From the NCBI GenBank assembly GCA_018402015.1, contig JAGYJL010000001.1:50166-114165 (forward strand): DNA of 64,000 nt, read 5' to 3'. The position numbers were made by a program, and so were the translations under genes. This document shows, piece by piece, positions 27,773 through 37,554 of this stretch. Within the stretch, counting starts at the first letter, position 1. Each line of letters opens with the position of its first letter. Source of the stretch: Flavobacteriales bacterium. Its GTDB lineage: Bacteria > Bacteroidota > Bacteroidia > UBA10329. The notes below the pieces were generated by a model. It searched no databases. It worked only from the letters and a program-made list of their open reading frames with translations, and was not told where the DNA came from.

Positions 27773-28591
27773 TTATCTCTTGATATGAAGATCGCGTTGC
27801 GGGAACGGAATAGTGATGCCATTCTCACGGAAAGCCTTGTCGATGGCAAACCGAATGTCGCTCTTTACGAACTCTATACGGAATACGGAACGTGAGAAGA
27901 ACTGCAAAGTGAAGGTGAGTTGAGAGTCAGCAAAATCCGAGAAGAAAACGAATGGTTCGGGATTCTTAACCACTTGCGGGTGTTGCTTGGCGCATTCCAC
28001 CAACACATCGCGTACTTTCTCAACATCCGAACCATATGCAACACCTACAACAACGGAGAAACGGGTTAGTTTATGGTTGTGCGTCCAGTTAACTACATTT
28101 CCAGTGATAAATCTAGAATTGGGAACGATCATGATGATCCCTTCGCGGGTCTCCATCTCTGAAGCGCGAAGTCGAATTTCCGTAACCCGCCCAACCTTTC
28201 CTTCCACTTCAATGATATCGGAAACACGAATGGTACCATCGAAAAGCAGAATGATACCACTCACAAAATCCTTGAACACTTCTTGAAGTCCAAGCCCAAT
28301 ACCCACCAATAAGGCTGCAGAACCGGCAAGCAGCACCGTTATCTGAAAACCCATCGACTCCATACCAAGTAGTATGGCTATTACCCAAAGCACATATTGA
28401 AGGAGTTTGTAGACTGAAAGTCGTCTGCCTTTCTCTAATTCTGTGATGTTATTGCGATTGACGACAATCTTTTTCAGCACCCAAGCAAAACTCCAAGTGA
28501 ACAAGAGTATGAGTACAAGCAATACGATCTGAAGCATGCTCAGATGGTAATCGCCTACACTGATCAATTCGCGCTGAAGGAATTCTTTCAT
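27773..28591 (-). CDS. mechanosensitive ion channel (MscS family)
   Basis: Three TM helices, then DGTIRVSDIIEVEGKVGRVTEIRLRASEMETREGIIMIVPNS. Confidence 0.85.
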   Translation of the reverse strand: MKEFLQRELISVGDYHLSMLQIVLLVLILLFTWSFAWVLKKIVVNRNNITELEKGRRLSVYKLLQYVLWVIAILLGMESMGFQITVLLAGSAALLVGIGLGLQEVFKDFVSGIILLFDGTIRVSDIIEVEGKVGRVTEIRLRASEMETREGIIMIVPNSRFITGNVVNWTHNHKLTRFSVVVGVAYGSDVEKVRDVLVECAKQHPQVVKNPEPFVFFSDFADSQLTFTLQFFSRSVFRIEFVKSDIRFAIDKAFRENGITIPFPQRDLHIKR

Positions 28592-28783
28592 ACAGAAGTA
28601 TTTATTACAAAGCTAAGACAAGCACAACTTGCATCGACCCAAATACCCGATATGAGGTATCAAGCTTATTGAAACGCGAAGATCGACATTTCAATGATGA
28701 CTAATTGATGTCTTTTTATTGACAAGTATGAAAATCTTTGTAATCTTGGTACACCTTAAATTAACGTTAACCAACCCTACCGC

Positions 28784-31636
28784 ATGAGAAAACTCTCTAC
28801 GCTCCTACTTGTTTTCGTTCTTTTCTCTGTTTATTCAATTGCCCAGAATACTACTGTAACTGGGGTGATCAAGGATAAAAAGAGTGGCGAGACATTGATT
28901 TCCGCATCTGTAATTATTAAAGGTACAACTACTGGTGTACAAACAGATGTGAATGGCAAGTTCTCTATCGAGCTGGACCTTACCGAACCCAAAACACTCC
29001 TCATATCCTACCTCGGTTATCAGGATTACGAAGTTGTGGTTGATAAAAACAACACCAAGGTTACCGTTGATATGGAAACGGTGAACATGATTGGTCAAGA
29101 GGTTGTTGTTTCCGGATCACGCGTATCAGAAACAATTTTGGAGTCTTCGGCTTCCATACAGAAAATGAACACAAAAGAGATCAACGAGATAGCCTCTGGA
29201 GATTTCTACACAGGCCTGAGCACGCTGCAAGGAGTAGATGTTACCACCTCCAGCTTAGGTTTTCAGGTTATCAACATGCGTGGTTTCAACACCACCGCTC
29301 CTGTGCGTATCGTTCAATTTGTTGATGGAATGGACAACCAAGCACCAGGTCTCAATTTCCCTGTTGGAAACCTCGTTGGAGCAAACGACCTGGACCTTGA
29401 AAATGTTGAGGTGATAAGCGGACCTGCATCGGCACTGTACGGACCAAATGCATTTCAAGGTGTTGTAAGCATGACCACTAAGAACCCGTACGATTATCCT
29501 GGGCTGTCCGTAAAAGTGCAAGGCGGCATGCGCGATTATGCAGACATCCAAGCAAGATACGCGCAAACTGTAGGAAAGGAGAAACGATTCGCTTTCAAGA
29601 TCACGGGGCAATACAAGCGAGCCTTAGATTGGAGAGCTGATGATACGGATTACAGACCTTTATATGACGATGCTACGGACAGCATTGCTCCAAACCTGTA
29701 TGGCGACATTGAAGCAGACATCGACCTATCAGCCATTATTGAGCAGGCACAGACCGATGAAGATCTTTCTCAGCAGGAACGGGACGATTTTATAGCACTG
29801 AATAACTGGTTGGGATTGGTTTCTCCCAACGCCTACCCCGGAACCATTACGGTAAAAGCCCCAGGCTATGCCGAAAAAGACCTTGCGGATAACACAACAT
29901 TCACAGGAAAACTGGCTACATCGCTCCACTACCGATTCAAAGGTGGTATTGAGGCTTCGCTCGATTACAAATATGGACAAGGGACTGCTATTTACCAGGC
30001 ATCAAATCGATACAGCATCAACAACATCCGTTTTCAGCAGGTTAAGGCAGAAGTGGCCGGCAGAAACTGGAATATAAAAGCGTATTCAACATTTGAAGAT
30101 GCTGGCGACTCATACGATATCGTTTTTACAGGCATCAATATCTCCAAAGAAGGAATTGCTGATTACGTTGGAGAATATCTTGGTGCATACTTCGATACAC
30201 TGAAGATCATGACCGGAGATTTTGACGATGATGCAACCACAGAAGAGGTTGCCATTGCGCATCAGCACGCGCAGCAAATGGCCGAAGCAAATGGTTGGAT
30301 TCCTGCTGGTTCTGCCAAGTTCGATTCTCTTCGAAACGAGATCATCAACAACGCTGACCTTCAAACAGGTTCCAAATTCACAGATAGATCAAACCTTCAG
30401 CATGTTGAAGGGCAATACAATTTCGATTGGCCTTGGCTAGACGTGCTTGTCGGTGCAAGTTTCAGGCGATACGACCCTCAATCCTTCGGAACCATTTTCT
30501 CTGATACGTTGGTGAACGCAGGCGATACCTTGGCGAATGGCTCTGCCGATTTGAACGCAGAGTTCGTGGATCTTTCTGTTTGGGAAGTGGGAGGATATCT
30601 TCAGTTGAGCAAGAAATTCTTCAAGGATAGATTCAAGGTTATGGCTTCTGTACGAGCAGATAAGCACAAGAATTTCAATGTTCAGTTCTCTCCGCGCGTA
30701 TCACTCATGTACAACCTGAACGGTCATGTGTTGCGCGTGTCTGGCCAGAGCGCCTTTAGAACTCCAACGCTGCAAAACCAGTTTATCCGTTTGGATGTTG
30801 GGCCACTTACTATTGCCGGAAACTTGAATGGTTGGGATAATCTGTATACCCTCGAGTCAGTAACCGATTTTGAGAATTTCCTTGATAGTGTTCAAACGCA
30901 GGGAGTTTGGTACGACTCAGTATATGACGATGCAGCAGGTAAACTGAAGAGATTCTCTGCCAATAAACTTCGACCAGAGCAGGTTAGAACAATTGAAGTA
31001 GGATATCGTGGAGTCGTTTTCAAAAAACTCTACATCGATGCCAATTTCTACTACAATTGGTACACCGATTTCATTGGAGAGATTCGGGTAGTACAACCTG
31101 AAAATGCTTCGGTTGACGACCAAAGTGGTGTGGATCAATTACTTTCTTACTCTGCAAGCAACGAAAGCTACACGCGATATCAGATTCCGGTAAATGCCGA
31201 GCAGCAGGTTCGATCTATGGGAGCAACCATTGGATTGGCTTACTACCTGAATGACAAGTACTCCATGTCTCTTAACTATAACTGGGCTAAACTGGTAGAT
31301 GATGATCTGGACGACCCGATCATTCCCGGTTTCAACACACCTGAGCACAAGATCAACGTGGGTGTTAAAGGCAGAAGAGTGTGGAAAGGCCTTGGCTTCT
31401 CTGCTAATTTCCAATGGGTAGACAAATTTCTATGGAGAAGCACTTTTGGTGATGGGATCGTACCTTCCTACTCATTCCTCGATCTTCAATTGAGCTACGA
31501 AATTCCAAAATGGTATTCCACATTACGTTTGGGAGTCTCAAACGCTTATAATTTAAAACGTCAGGAAGCCTTTGGTGCCCCAACTATCGGCACCATGGTT
31601 TACGGATCCATCGTATTTGACATTACAAAACTCTAA
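28784..31636 (+). CDS. TonB-dependent receptor with N-terminal CarboxypepD_reg domain (950 aa)
   Basis: Reads TVTGVIKDKKSGETLISASVIIKGTTTGVQTDVNGKFS, with plug motifs (VISGPASALYGPNAFQGV) and a long barrel. Paralog of 43195-46128. Confidence 0.9.
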   Translation: MRKLSTLLLVFVLFSVYSIAQNTTVTGVIKDKKSGETLISASVIIKGTTTGVQTDVNGKFSIELDLTEPKTLLISYLGYQDYEVVVDKNNTKVTVDMETVNMIGQEVVVSGSRVSETILESSASIQKMNTKEINEIASGDFYTGLSTLQGVDVTTSSLGFQVINMRGFNTTAPVRIVQFVDGMDNQAPGLNFPVGNLVGANDLDLENVEVISGPASALYGPNAFQGVVSMTTKNPYDYPGLSVKVQGGMRDYADIQARYAQTVGKEKRFAFKITGQYKRALDWRADDTDYRPLYDDATDSIAPNLYGDIEADIDLSAIIEQAQTDEDLSQQERDDFIALNNWLGLVSPNAYPGTITVKAPGYAEKDLADNTTFTGKLATSLHYRFKGGIEASLDYKYGQGTAIYQASNRYSINNIRFQQVKAEVAGRNWNIKAYSTFEDAGDSYDIVFTGINISKEGIADYVGEYLGAYFDTLKIMTGDFDDDATTEEVAIAHQHAQQMAEANGWIPAGSAKFDSLRNEIINNADLQTGSKFTDRSNLQHVEGQYNFDWPWLDVLVGASFRRYDPQSFGTIFSDTLVNAGDTLANGSADLNAEFVDLSVWEVGGYLQLSKKFFKDRFKVMASVRADKHKNFNVQFSPRVSLMYNLNGHVLRVSGQSAFRTPTLQNQFIRLDVGPLTIAGNLNGWDNLYTLESVTDFENFLDSVQTQGVWYDSVYDDAAGKLKRFSANKLRPEQVRTIEVGYRGVVFKKLYIDANFYYNWYTDFIGEIRVVQPENASVDDQSGVDQLLSYSASNESYTRYQIPVNAEQQVRSMGATIGLAYYLNDKYSMSLNYNWAKLVDDDLDDPIIPGFNTPEHKINVGVKGRRVWKGLGFSANFQWVDKFLWRSTFGDGIVPSYSFLDLQLSYEIPKWYSTLRLGVSNAYNLKRQEAFGAPTIGTMVYGSIVFDITKL

Positions 31637-31648
31637 CCCCAAATTACC

Positions 31649-34600
31649 ATGAAAAGAGTTCTCTTATCTCTCGCAATCATCGGAAGCCTTTTCAGTGCTT
31701 CTAAAGCCCAGGATGTTATTCTGAATGGAAAGATTGACAACCTGTTGGAATTCTGCACGCCATACTCGGAAGAATTCGTGATGTCTGACAGCGTAAAGTT
31801 GATGACTGACATTTACCTACCCGTAATGCGGGATTGTCTGATCGTACCGATCAGCTTGGAACTTCCAGCAGAACTGCAGGCCATTTTCGGAAGCGAGCCG
31901 ATTGCTTATGACCTTGAATTGATCCCACGAGGAACGCAGTACGTTATCTACGATTCGCTGAACGGTCAACCGAACCCGAATCCGTTCAAGCTCCCACTTG
32001 TGCTTACTAGAACGCCTTACGACAAAGGCGATCAGAACGCAGGAGAAGCTCCGATCATGAATCTCCTAGGTTATGCTTTTGCCAAACAGGATCAACGCGG
32101 TAGATACGCGTCTGAGGGCGTTTACTTGCCACTTACAAGCGATGGCTGGGACAAAGGTGTTTACCACCCGAACTTCCAGCACGTTTTAGACGCAACAGAC
32201 CCTAACGACCCGAAGAATGGTAATCGACACGAAGATGGGTATGACACCAAAGAATACATTAAAAACCGCTTGATGCGTGAATACGACCTTGATGGTGATG
32301 GCATAACAGATACCACCGACTTACTTTACACCGGTCGTTATGCCATGTTCGGGGCATCTGCATTAGGATACAATCAGTATCAGGCAGCCGCTGCTCACAT
32401 GATAGATGAGAATGAGCCTGGATTGAAGTGCATTATGCCAATTGTAGCACCGGCCGACTTCTACAAAGGCGTTGGTTATCCGAACGGTGTTCTTCGCGAC
32501 AGATTGGTAACAGGATGGCTTAAAGGTCAGATCTTCTCTGGCACAGATGACGACCTGATTCCGATAGATAATGACATGCAGAACAACATTCACAGTTCTG
32601 CCGACTACAATCTTCCACAGACCATTACTGTCAATTCGGTAGAGAAGACTTTTCAGCAGAACAAATTCGATGCGGCCAACTTGGCCATCGATCACTTTGT
32701 ATCAGTGCAGTACGAAGATCCTCTGACAGGAAACCGCACTTGTGGTTATTACCCGAATTTTGTTGGTCGTGCAGAGATAGACGTAAGCCGCGCAGTAACT
32801 GACGAATTTGGCGAGGGCGCCATTGATGGTCAGTACAACCGTTTCAGAAATATGGAGGTTCCAGGCTATCACCTCTGCGGGTGGTGGGACATTTTCGTGG
32901 ATTCTCAAACAGAGAGCTGGGCAAATATGAGACGCCATTTGAGCAACAATAAGTTCAACCGACCAGGGGTAACCAATCGCGAACTTCAAAAACTTGTTCT
33001 TGGTCCATGGGCGCACCAGACCATTGGCTCAACAACCACTGGCGATAGAACGTATCCAGAAAATGTAAATGACCTCTTAGGAATCAATTTCGATGATTTC
33101 AGTGAAACGAATATTCCAATTGACAAGGCGCTTAATTCGGAGGTTATAGGTTGGTTCCGTTACAACCTGAATTACCATCCAGATGAGTTTATCGGTGAGC
33201 CAAAGTTCATTCTACCAGAGTCAGATAACCTATACAACGTTACCGAAATTGACCTTTTTGGTCTTGGAACAGCAACCATTGATATTCGCGTTCCATCGGC
33301 AGACATCAAATTGCCATACACGCAATTGATCTCTGTACTTACAGGCGTTCAGCCATTAAGCGGAATACCTGCCGAACTTGTTTACAGTTCGCCTCTTGGT
33401 AGCGGAACCATTCCGATCACACTACCAGACATTCCGCTCAGCGATGTGATTCCGGGACTCAGCGCACAAGATGTAAGACCTATTCCTTACAGAGATTTTG
33501 CCGACCCGAACGAGATTCCTAACGTCCGTCTGTACGTGATAGGACCGAACAACGACACCGAGCCGCAGAACGTTGGGCTATCGAACTATTGGTTAGGTGT
33601 TGATACATTCCCGCTACCGGAAGGTAGACCTTGGGACGCCATTCAGCGCGAAACCTTCTATATGCACCAAGATGGCACATTAGACAATAACGCGCCAACC
33701 ACAGATGAAGGATTTAAAATGTACGTACATGATCCGGATGACCCGATCAGAACAGTGGGCGGTGCCAACATGATCGTAAAAACACCAGATGGTGAGCGAG
33801 ATGCGCAAGGACAGTTCAATTTGAAAGACCCACGCTACGAGCCATTTACAATGAACCGCCCTGGTGTTATTTCTTTTGAAAGCGCAGCTGTAGAAGACTC
33901 GCTTTGTATCGTAGGATTCCCACGGGTAAAACTCTACGCAAAGAGTAACATTGGCGGCCTCAGTGAAGGCCCAACAGATACCGACTTTCATGTAAGAATT
34001 GTAGATGTATACCCAGATGGACGGGAGTATTTCGTTCAGGATGGTTGTGTTAACGCAAGGGCCAGAGATTATGTACGTATGCTGGTAGAAGAGCCTTGGA
34101 AAGATTACACCATTCCATTCCCTGGAGATGATATCCCATTCACCAACATCAACATTGGCGAGATCTATGAGTACCATTTTGATATGCTACCCATTGCGTA
34201 CACATTCGGTGATGGACATAAGATCAAAATCCTGATCAGCAGCAGTAACTACAACCGCTTCCAGGTAAATCCGAATGTGCCTATCATGCCAAATGAATTC
34301 TTTAGGAGAAAGCCGGGCGATGGGCAGACCTACATTTTCGAGGGCGAAGAGTATTCGCCTCGCGTAGCCATTCAGCGCGTTCACTTCTCTCCAGATCATC
34401 CAACACAGATCAGTCTTCCGATCTACACCAAAGAATACACTGGCATTGAAGATCCTGAAGCAGAAAACGCTGGCCCCAAAATGCTATTGTATCCTAACCC
34501 AACTACCGATATGGTTAGCATTTACCTAAGCAATGGAAACGAGTACAACGTGAACATTCTTGACATAGAAGGTTCGCTTATTCGTACCGAGAGTGTTTTC

Positions 34601-34711
34601 AGAGATAATACTACTATCGATGTTTCCGGTCTGAGTGAAGGCATATACTTCATAGAATTGACAGACGTTCTGACAAAAGAGCGTTTCGTGGAGAAATTGA
34701 CCAAGCTGTGA
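31649..34711 (+). CDS. CocE/NonD (S15 X-Pro dipeptidyl-peptidase-like) hydrolase with T9SS type A CTD (1020 aa)
   Basis: Reads LTRTPYDKG and GASALGYNQ (nucleophile-elbow-like). C-terminus reads LLYPNPTTDMVSIYL...GIYFIEL. Lies 12 bp after the receptor gene. Confidence 0.75.
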   Translation: MKRVLLSLAIIGSLFSASKAQDVILNGKIDNLLEFCTPYSEEFVMSDSVKLMTDIYLPVMRDCLIVPISLELPAELQAIFGSEPIAYDLELIPRGTQYVIYDSLNGQPNPNPFKLPLVLTRTPYDKGDQNAGEAPIMNLLGYAFAKQDQRGRYASEGVYLPLTSDGWDKGVYHPNFQHVLDATDPNDPKNGNRHEDGYDTKEYIKNRLMREYDLDGDGITDTTDLLYTGRYAMFGASALGYNQYQAAAAHMIDENEPGLKCIMPIVAPADFYKGVGYPNGVLRDRLVTGWLKGQIFSGTDDDLIPIDNDMQNNIHSSADYNLPQTITVNSVEKTFQQNKFDAANLAIDHFVSVQYEDPLTGNRTCGYYPNFVGRAEIDVSRAVTDEFGEGAIDGQYNRFRNMEVPGYHLCGWWDIFVDSQTESWANMRRHLSNNKFNRPGVTNRELQKLVLGPWAHQTIGSTTTGDRTYPENVNDLLGINFDDFSETNIPIDKALNSEVIGWFRYNLNYHPDEFIGEPKFILPESDNLYNVTEIDLFGLGTATIDIRVPSADIKLPYTQLISVLTGVQPLSGIPAELVYSSPLGSGTIPITLPDIPLSDVIPGLSAQDVRPIPYRDFADPNEIPNVRLYVIGPNNDTEPQNVGLSNYWLGVDTFPLPEGRPWDAIQRETFYMHQDGTLDNNAPTTDEGFKMYVHDPDDPIRTVGGANMIVKTPDGERDAQGQFNLKDPRYEPFTMNRPGVISFESAAVEDSLCIVGFPRVKLYAKSNIGGLSEGPTDTDFHVRIVDVYPDGREYFVQDGCVNARARDYVRMLVEEPWKDYTIPFPGDDIPFTNINIGEIYEYHFDMLPIAYTFGDGHKIKILISSSNYNRFQVNPNVPIMPNEFFRRKPGDGQTYIFEGEEYSPRVAIQRVHFSPDHPTQISLPIYTKEYTGIEDPEAENAGPKMLLYPNPTTDMVSIYLSNGNEYNVNILDIEGSLIRTESVFRDNTTIDVSGLSEGIYFIELTDVLTKERFVEKLTKL

Positions 34712-34730
34712 TATAAGCTTCCGTGCTGTG

Positions 34731-34762
34731 AAGCCCCGATTCCGCTAGCGGAATCGGGGCTT
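34731..34762 (+). terminator. rho-independent terminator
   Basis: AAGCCCCGATTCCG-ctag-CGGAATCGGGGCTT followed by TTATTTT. Confidence 0.7.
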
Positions 34763-34810
34763 TTATTTTCAATTGGAATACGCTTAACCATGGTGGTTCG
34801 GCATGCGTTC

Positions 34811-34818
34811 TATCTTTG
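34811..34818 (+). promoter_or_regulatory. candidate -7 box (TATCTTTG)
   Basis: Perfect TAnnTTTG match inside the ORF-track N-terminus. This argues the thioesterase starts at ATG 34836 (MSEKRTPE). Confidence 0.4.
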
Positions 34819-34835
34819 CGCCAAACAACCACAGG

Positions 34836-35351
34836 ATGTCAGAAAAACGCACACCAGAATCTACACTGGCCATTAACACCGAAATTGTTCTACCGAACGA
34901 CACCAACACCTTAGGCAACCTAATGGGTGGAAAACTACTGCATTGGATGGACGTGATTGCGGCCATATCGGCTCATAGACTTTGCAAACGGGTGTGTGTT
35001 ACAGCGTCCGTTAATAACGTTACGTTTCCAAAGCCGATAAAATTGGGCGATATCGTTACGCTTAAGTCCAAGGTTTCCCGCTCTTTCAGTAGCAGCATGG
35101 AGATCTTCATAGACGTATTTGTGGAAGACCGATCGACCTCCGACCAGATAAAGGTGAACGAGGCCATTTACACCTTTGTGGCGGTAGACCAATTGGGCAA
35201 CCCGATAAGTGTTCCGGCCATTGAGCCCGTTACAGAAGAAGAAAAAGCACGTTTTGAAGGCGCACTACGCAGAAAACAACTCAGTCTTATTCTGGCCGGT
35301 AAGATGAAACCAAGCGATGCTACGGAATTGAAGGCTTTGTTTGAGAGCTAA
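34836..35351 (+). CDS. acyl-CoA thioesterase (hotdog fold)
   Basis: Reads VLPNDTNTLGNLMGGKLLHWMDVIAAISA...ASVNNVTFPKPIKLGDIV. Confidence 0.85.
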   Translation: MSEKRTPESTLAINTEIVLPNDTNTLGNLMGGKLLHWMDVIAAISAHRLCKRVCVTASVNNVTFPKPIKLGDIVTLKSKVSRSFSSSMEIFIDVFVEDRSTSDQIKVNEAIYTFVAVDQLGNPISVPAIEPVTEEEKARFEGALRRKQLSLILAGKMKPSDATELKALFES

Positions 35352-35354
35352 AAA

Positions 35355-35759
35355 TCACCCCAACTTCTTATCCAACGATAGCTTTCCAGGACCAGCTAAG
35401 AATAAAGTAAGGTAAGGCACTAGGTACAGCAAACCGAATTCCTGTTTAGAAAAGGGGTCGTCTGCATGAATAACGAACACAGCCACCAACATGGTTATGA
35501 TAAGCGGTACCAGAGCAGCACGCGTCAATAACCCCAAGGCAACAAGAATACCGCAAACGAATTCGGCAAATACCGTTAGAACCAGCGATGCTTCTTCTCC
35601 CATCCCTATCGGGTCGGCAAAGCTCATATCGCCACCAAGCATTTTCTGCAATTTGCCCCATCCGTGGCTGTAGGCCATAATACCTCCAGAGGCCAGTCGA
35701 AGAAAAAGCAATCCCAGGTCGGTTGCAATGGGTCTGTTTGAAAAGAGAATGTTTTTCAT
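35355..35759 (-). CDS. DoxX family membrane protein
   Basis: Reads LGLLFLRLASGGIMAYSHGWGKL. Start taken at MKNILF, which gives a 4-nt overlap with the upstream gene's stop. Confidence 0.8.
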   Translation of the reverse strand: MKNILFSNRPIATDLGLLFLRLASGGIMAYSHGWGKLQKMLGGDMSFADPIGMGEEASLVLTVFAEFVCGILVALGLLTRAALVPLIITMLVAVFVIHADDPFSKQEFGLLYLVPYLTLFLAGPGKLSLDKKLG

Positions 35760-36805
35760 GATTGAATGTATTTGATGGTTTGTTGAATGATTGCGTCTAG
35801 ATCTTGTTGTTCCATGCAATTGAAATGTTCTTTCGGACAGGCATCGAACCCGATTTTACTGCAAGGTCTACAATCAAGTCCGTTTACTTCTGATATGAAT
35901 CCTGCTTTGCCCTGTGGCAAGTAAGGGGTCATTCCAAAAGCAGGAACAGTATTGCCCCAAACAGAGATGATCTTCTTGTTAAAGGCTGCTGCAATGTGCA
36001 TCATGCCGGTATCGTGCGTTACAACTACTTGGGCCTGCTGAACGAACCATGCAGATTGCAACAAGGAATAGCTACCGCAACCGTTCATCACATTGGCAGC
36101 GCACTTCTGCTGAATGGCATGGCCTAGATCGGCATCTTCCTTACCACCAATTAAGAGGATAGGCTGATTGATTCCCTTACACAAGGCCAACAGTTTATGT
36201 TCTGGCAACTGCTTCGTACGGAACTTGGCCCCCACAACAACAGCAACATACCCGTTTTTCAGCTCATTAGGAATAATAGGAGGCACAAACTCTTTCGGAA
36301 AAAAGAAATCCAAGCCTTTATTATCGTTCTCGGCACCAAGCCCTTTCAATGTTTCAAGATACCGTTCAACGATGTGTACATCGGGCAGTTTATCCAACTT
36401 CATGTTCACCATCAACCACTTTTCAATATTGAGTTTATTGAATGAGCGCCACGTTCCACCGATAATAGTTCGAAGAATGCGGGTTCTCAGGTTATGATGA
36501 AGATCGATCACCAGCTCTGGGTTGAACGTTTTCAGTTCCTTGGCCAAGGTATTCAAACTGTCTTTCAGGTAGAATTGTCCGCTTAAGTAAGGATTCGACT
36601 CTACCAGTTCTCTGTATTGCCGCTTGGTTACAAAGCGGATATCCGCATCAGGAAATCTGTTCCGCAAAATCCTAATAACCGGACTGGTAAGAACGATATC
36701 GCCAATAGAACTGAAACGGATAATGAGAATGCGTTGCACGGAAACAAATGTAGAAAGCCGAAGTGCTAATTTTGGTCCCATGCCACATTTGGTAGACACA
36801 CACAC
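35756..36805 (-). CDS. glycosyltransferase family 9 (heptosyltransferase-like)
   Basis: Reads ILIIRFSSIGDIVLTSPVIR...THDTGMMHIAAAF. Start uncertain: ATG at 36781 or GTG at 36739 is more likely than 36805. Confidence 0.78.
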   Translation of the reverse strand: MCVSTKCGMGPKLALRLSTFVSVQRILIIRFSSIGDIVLTSPVIRILRNRFPDADIRFVTKRQYRELVESNPYLSGQFYLKDSLNTLAKELKTFNPELVIDLHHNLRTRILRTIIGGTWRSFNKLNIEKWLMVNMKLDKLPDVHIVERYLETLKGLGAENDNKGLDFFFPKEFVPPIIPNELKNGYVAVVVGAKFRTKQLPEHKLLALCKGINQPILLIGGKEDADLGHAIQQKCAANVMNGCGSYSLLQSAWFVQQAQVVVTHDTGMMHIAAAFNKKIISVWGNTVPAFGMTPYLPQGKAGFISEVNGLDCRPCSKIGFDACPKEHFNCMEQQDLDAIIQQTIKYIQS

Positions 36806-37550
36806 ACATTTATACTCCTCTCAGTTCGATTCTGATAGAAGCGAAGCAATAGAACGGGCCATTTCAAATGGCATTGATAAAATGTTGCTGCCCAATATCG
36901 ATAGTTCTAGCACTTCACAACTGTGGCAAGTGGTAAATGCCTTCCCGAACAATTGTTTTCCGATGATGGGCCTGCATCCGTGTTCTGTGAACGAATTGTA
37001 CAAGGCAGAGTTGAAACATGTGGAAGAGGAATTAGCAACAGGCCGCTACATTGCCGTTGGCGAAATAGGCATCGACCTTTATTGGGACAAGACACATGTA
37101 AACGAGCAGATTGCAGCATTTGAGCAGCAGTTGGAATGGGCCAAGGAGTTGAGTCTGCCAGTTGCCATCCATTGCCGGAATTCTTTTGATGAAATTTTCT
37201 CCTCGGTAGAAAAGCTACAAGACGGTAGATTGCAGGGTGTACTTCACTGCTTTACGGGAAATGCAGAACAGGCTCAAAAATGCATAGACCTAGGCTTGCA
37301 TCTGGGTCTAGGCGGTGTACTCACATTCAAGAAAAGTGGCGTTGACGAAGCGATCAGAGAAATTCCTTTAGATCGGCTTGTTCTAGAAACCGACTCACCT
37401 TACCTCGCCCCTACTCCGCATCGAGGAAAGCGAAACGAAAGCGCATACACCTTACTGATAGCAGAAAAGTTGGCAGAAGTGAAGGGGCTAAGCGTTGAAG
37501 AGGTGGCTTCCATTACCTCTAATAATGCCCAACAACTATTTAAACTCTAA
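36780..37550 (+). CDS. TatD family hydrolase
   Basis: Reads MPHLVDTHTHLY...IGEIGIDLYW...HCR...ETDSPYLAP. Confidence 0.88.
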   Translation: MPHLVDTHTHLYSSQFDSDRSEAIERAISNGIDKMLLPNIDSSSTSQLWQVVNAFPNNCFPMMGLHPCSVNELYKAELKHVEEELATGRYIAVGEIGIDLYWDKTHVNEQIAAFEQQLEWAKELSLPVAIHCRNSFDEIFSSVEKLQDGRLQGVLHCFTGNAEQAQKCIDLGLHLGLGGVLTFKKSGVDEAIREIPLDRLVLETDSPYLAPTPHRGKRNESAYTLLIAEKLAEVKGLSVEEVASITSNNAQQLFKL

Positions 37551-37554
37551 GTCG

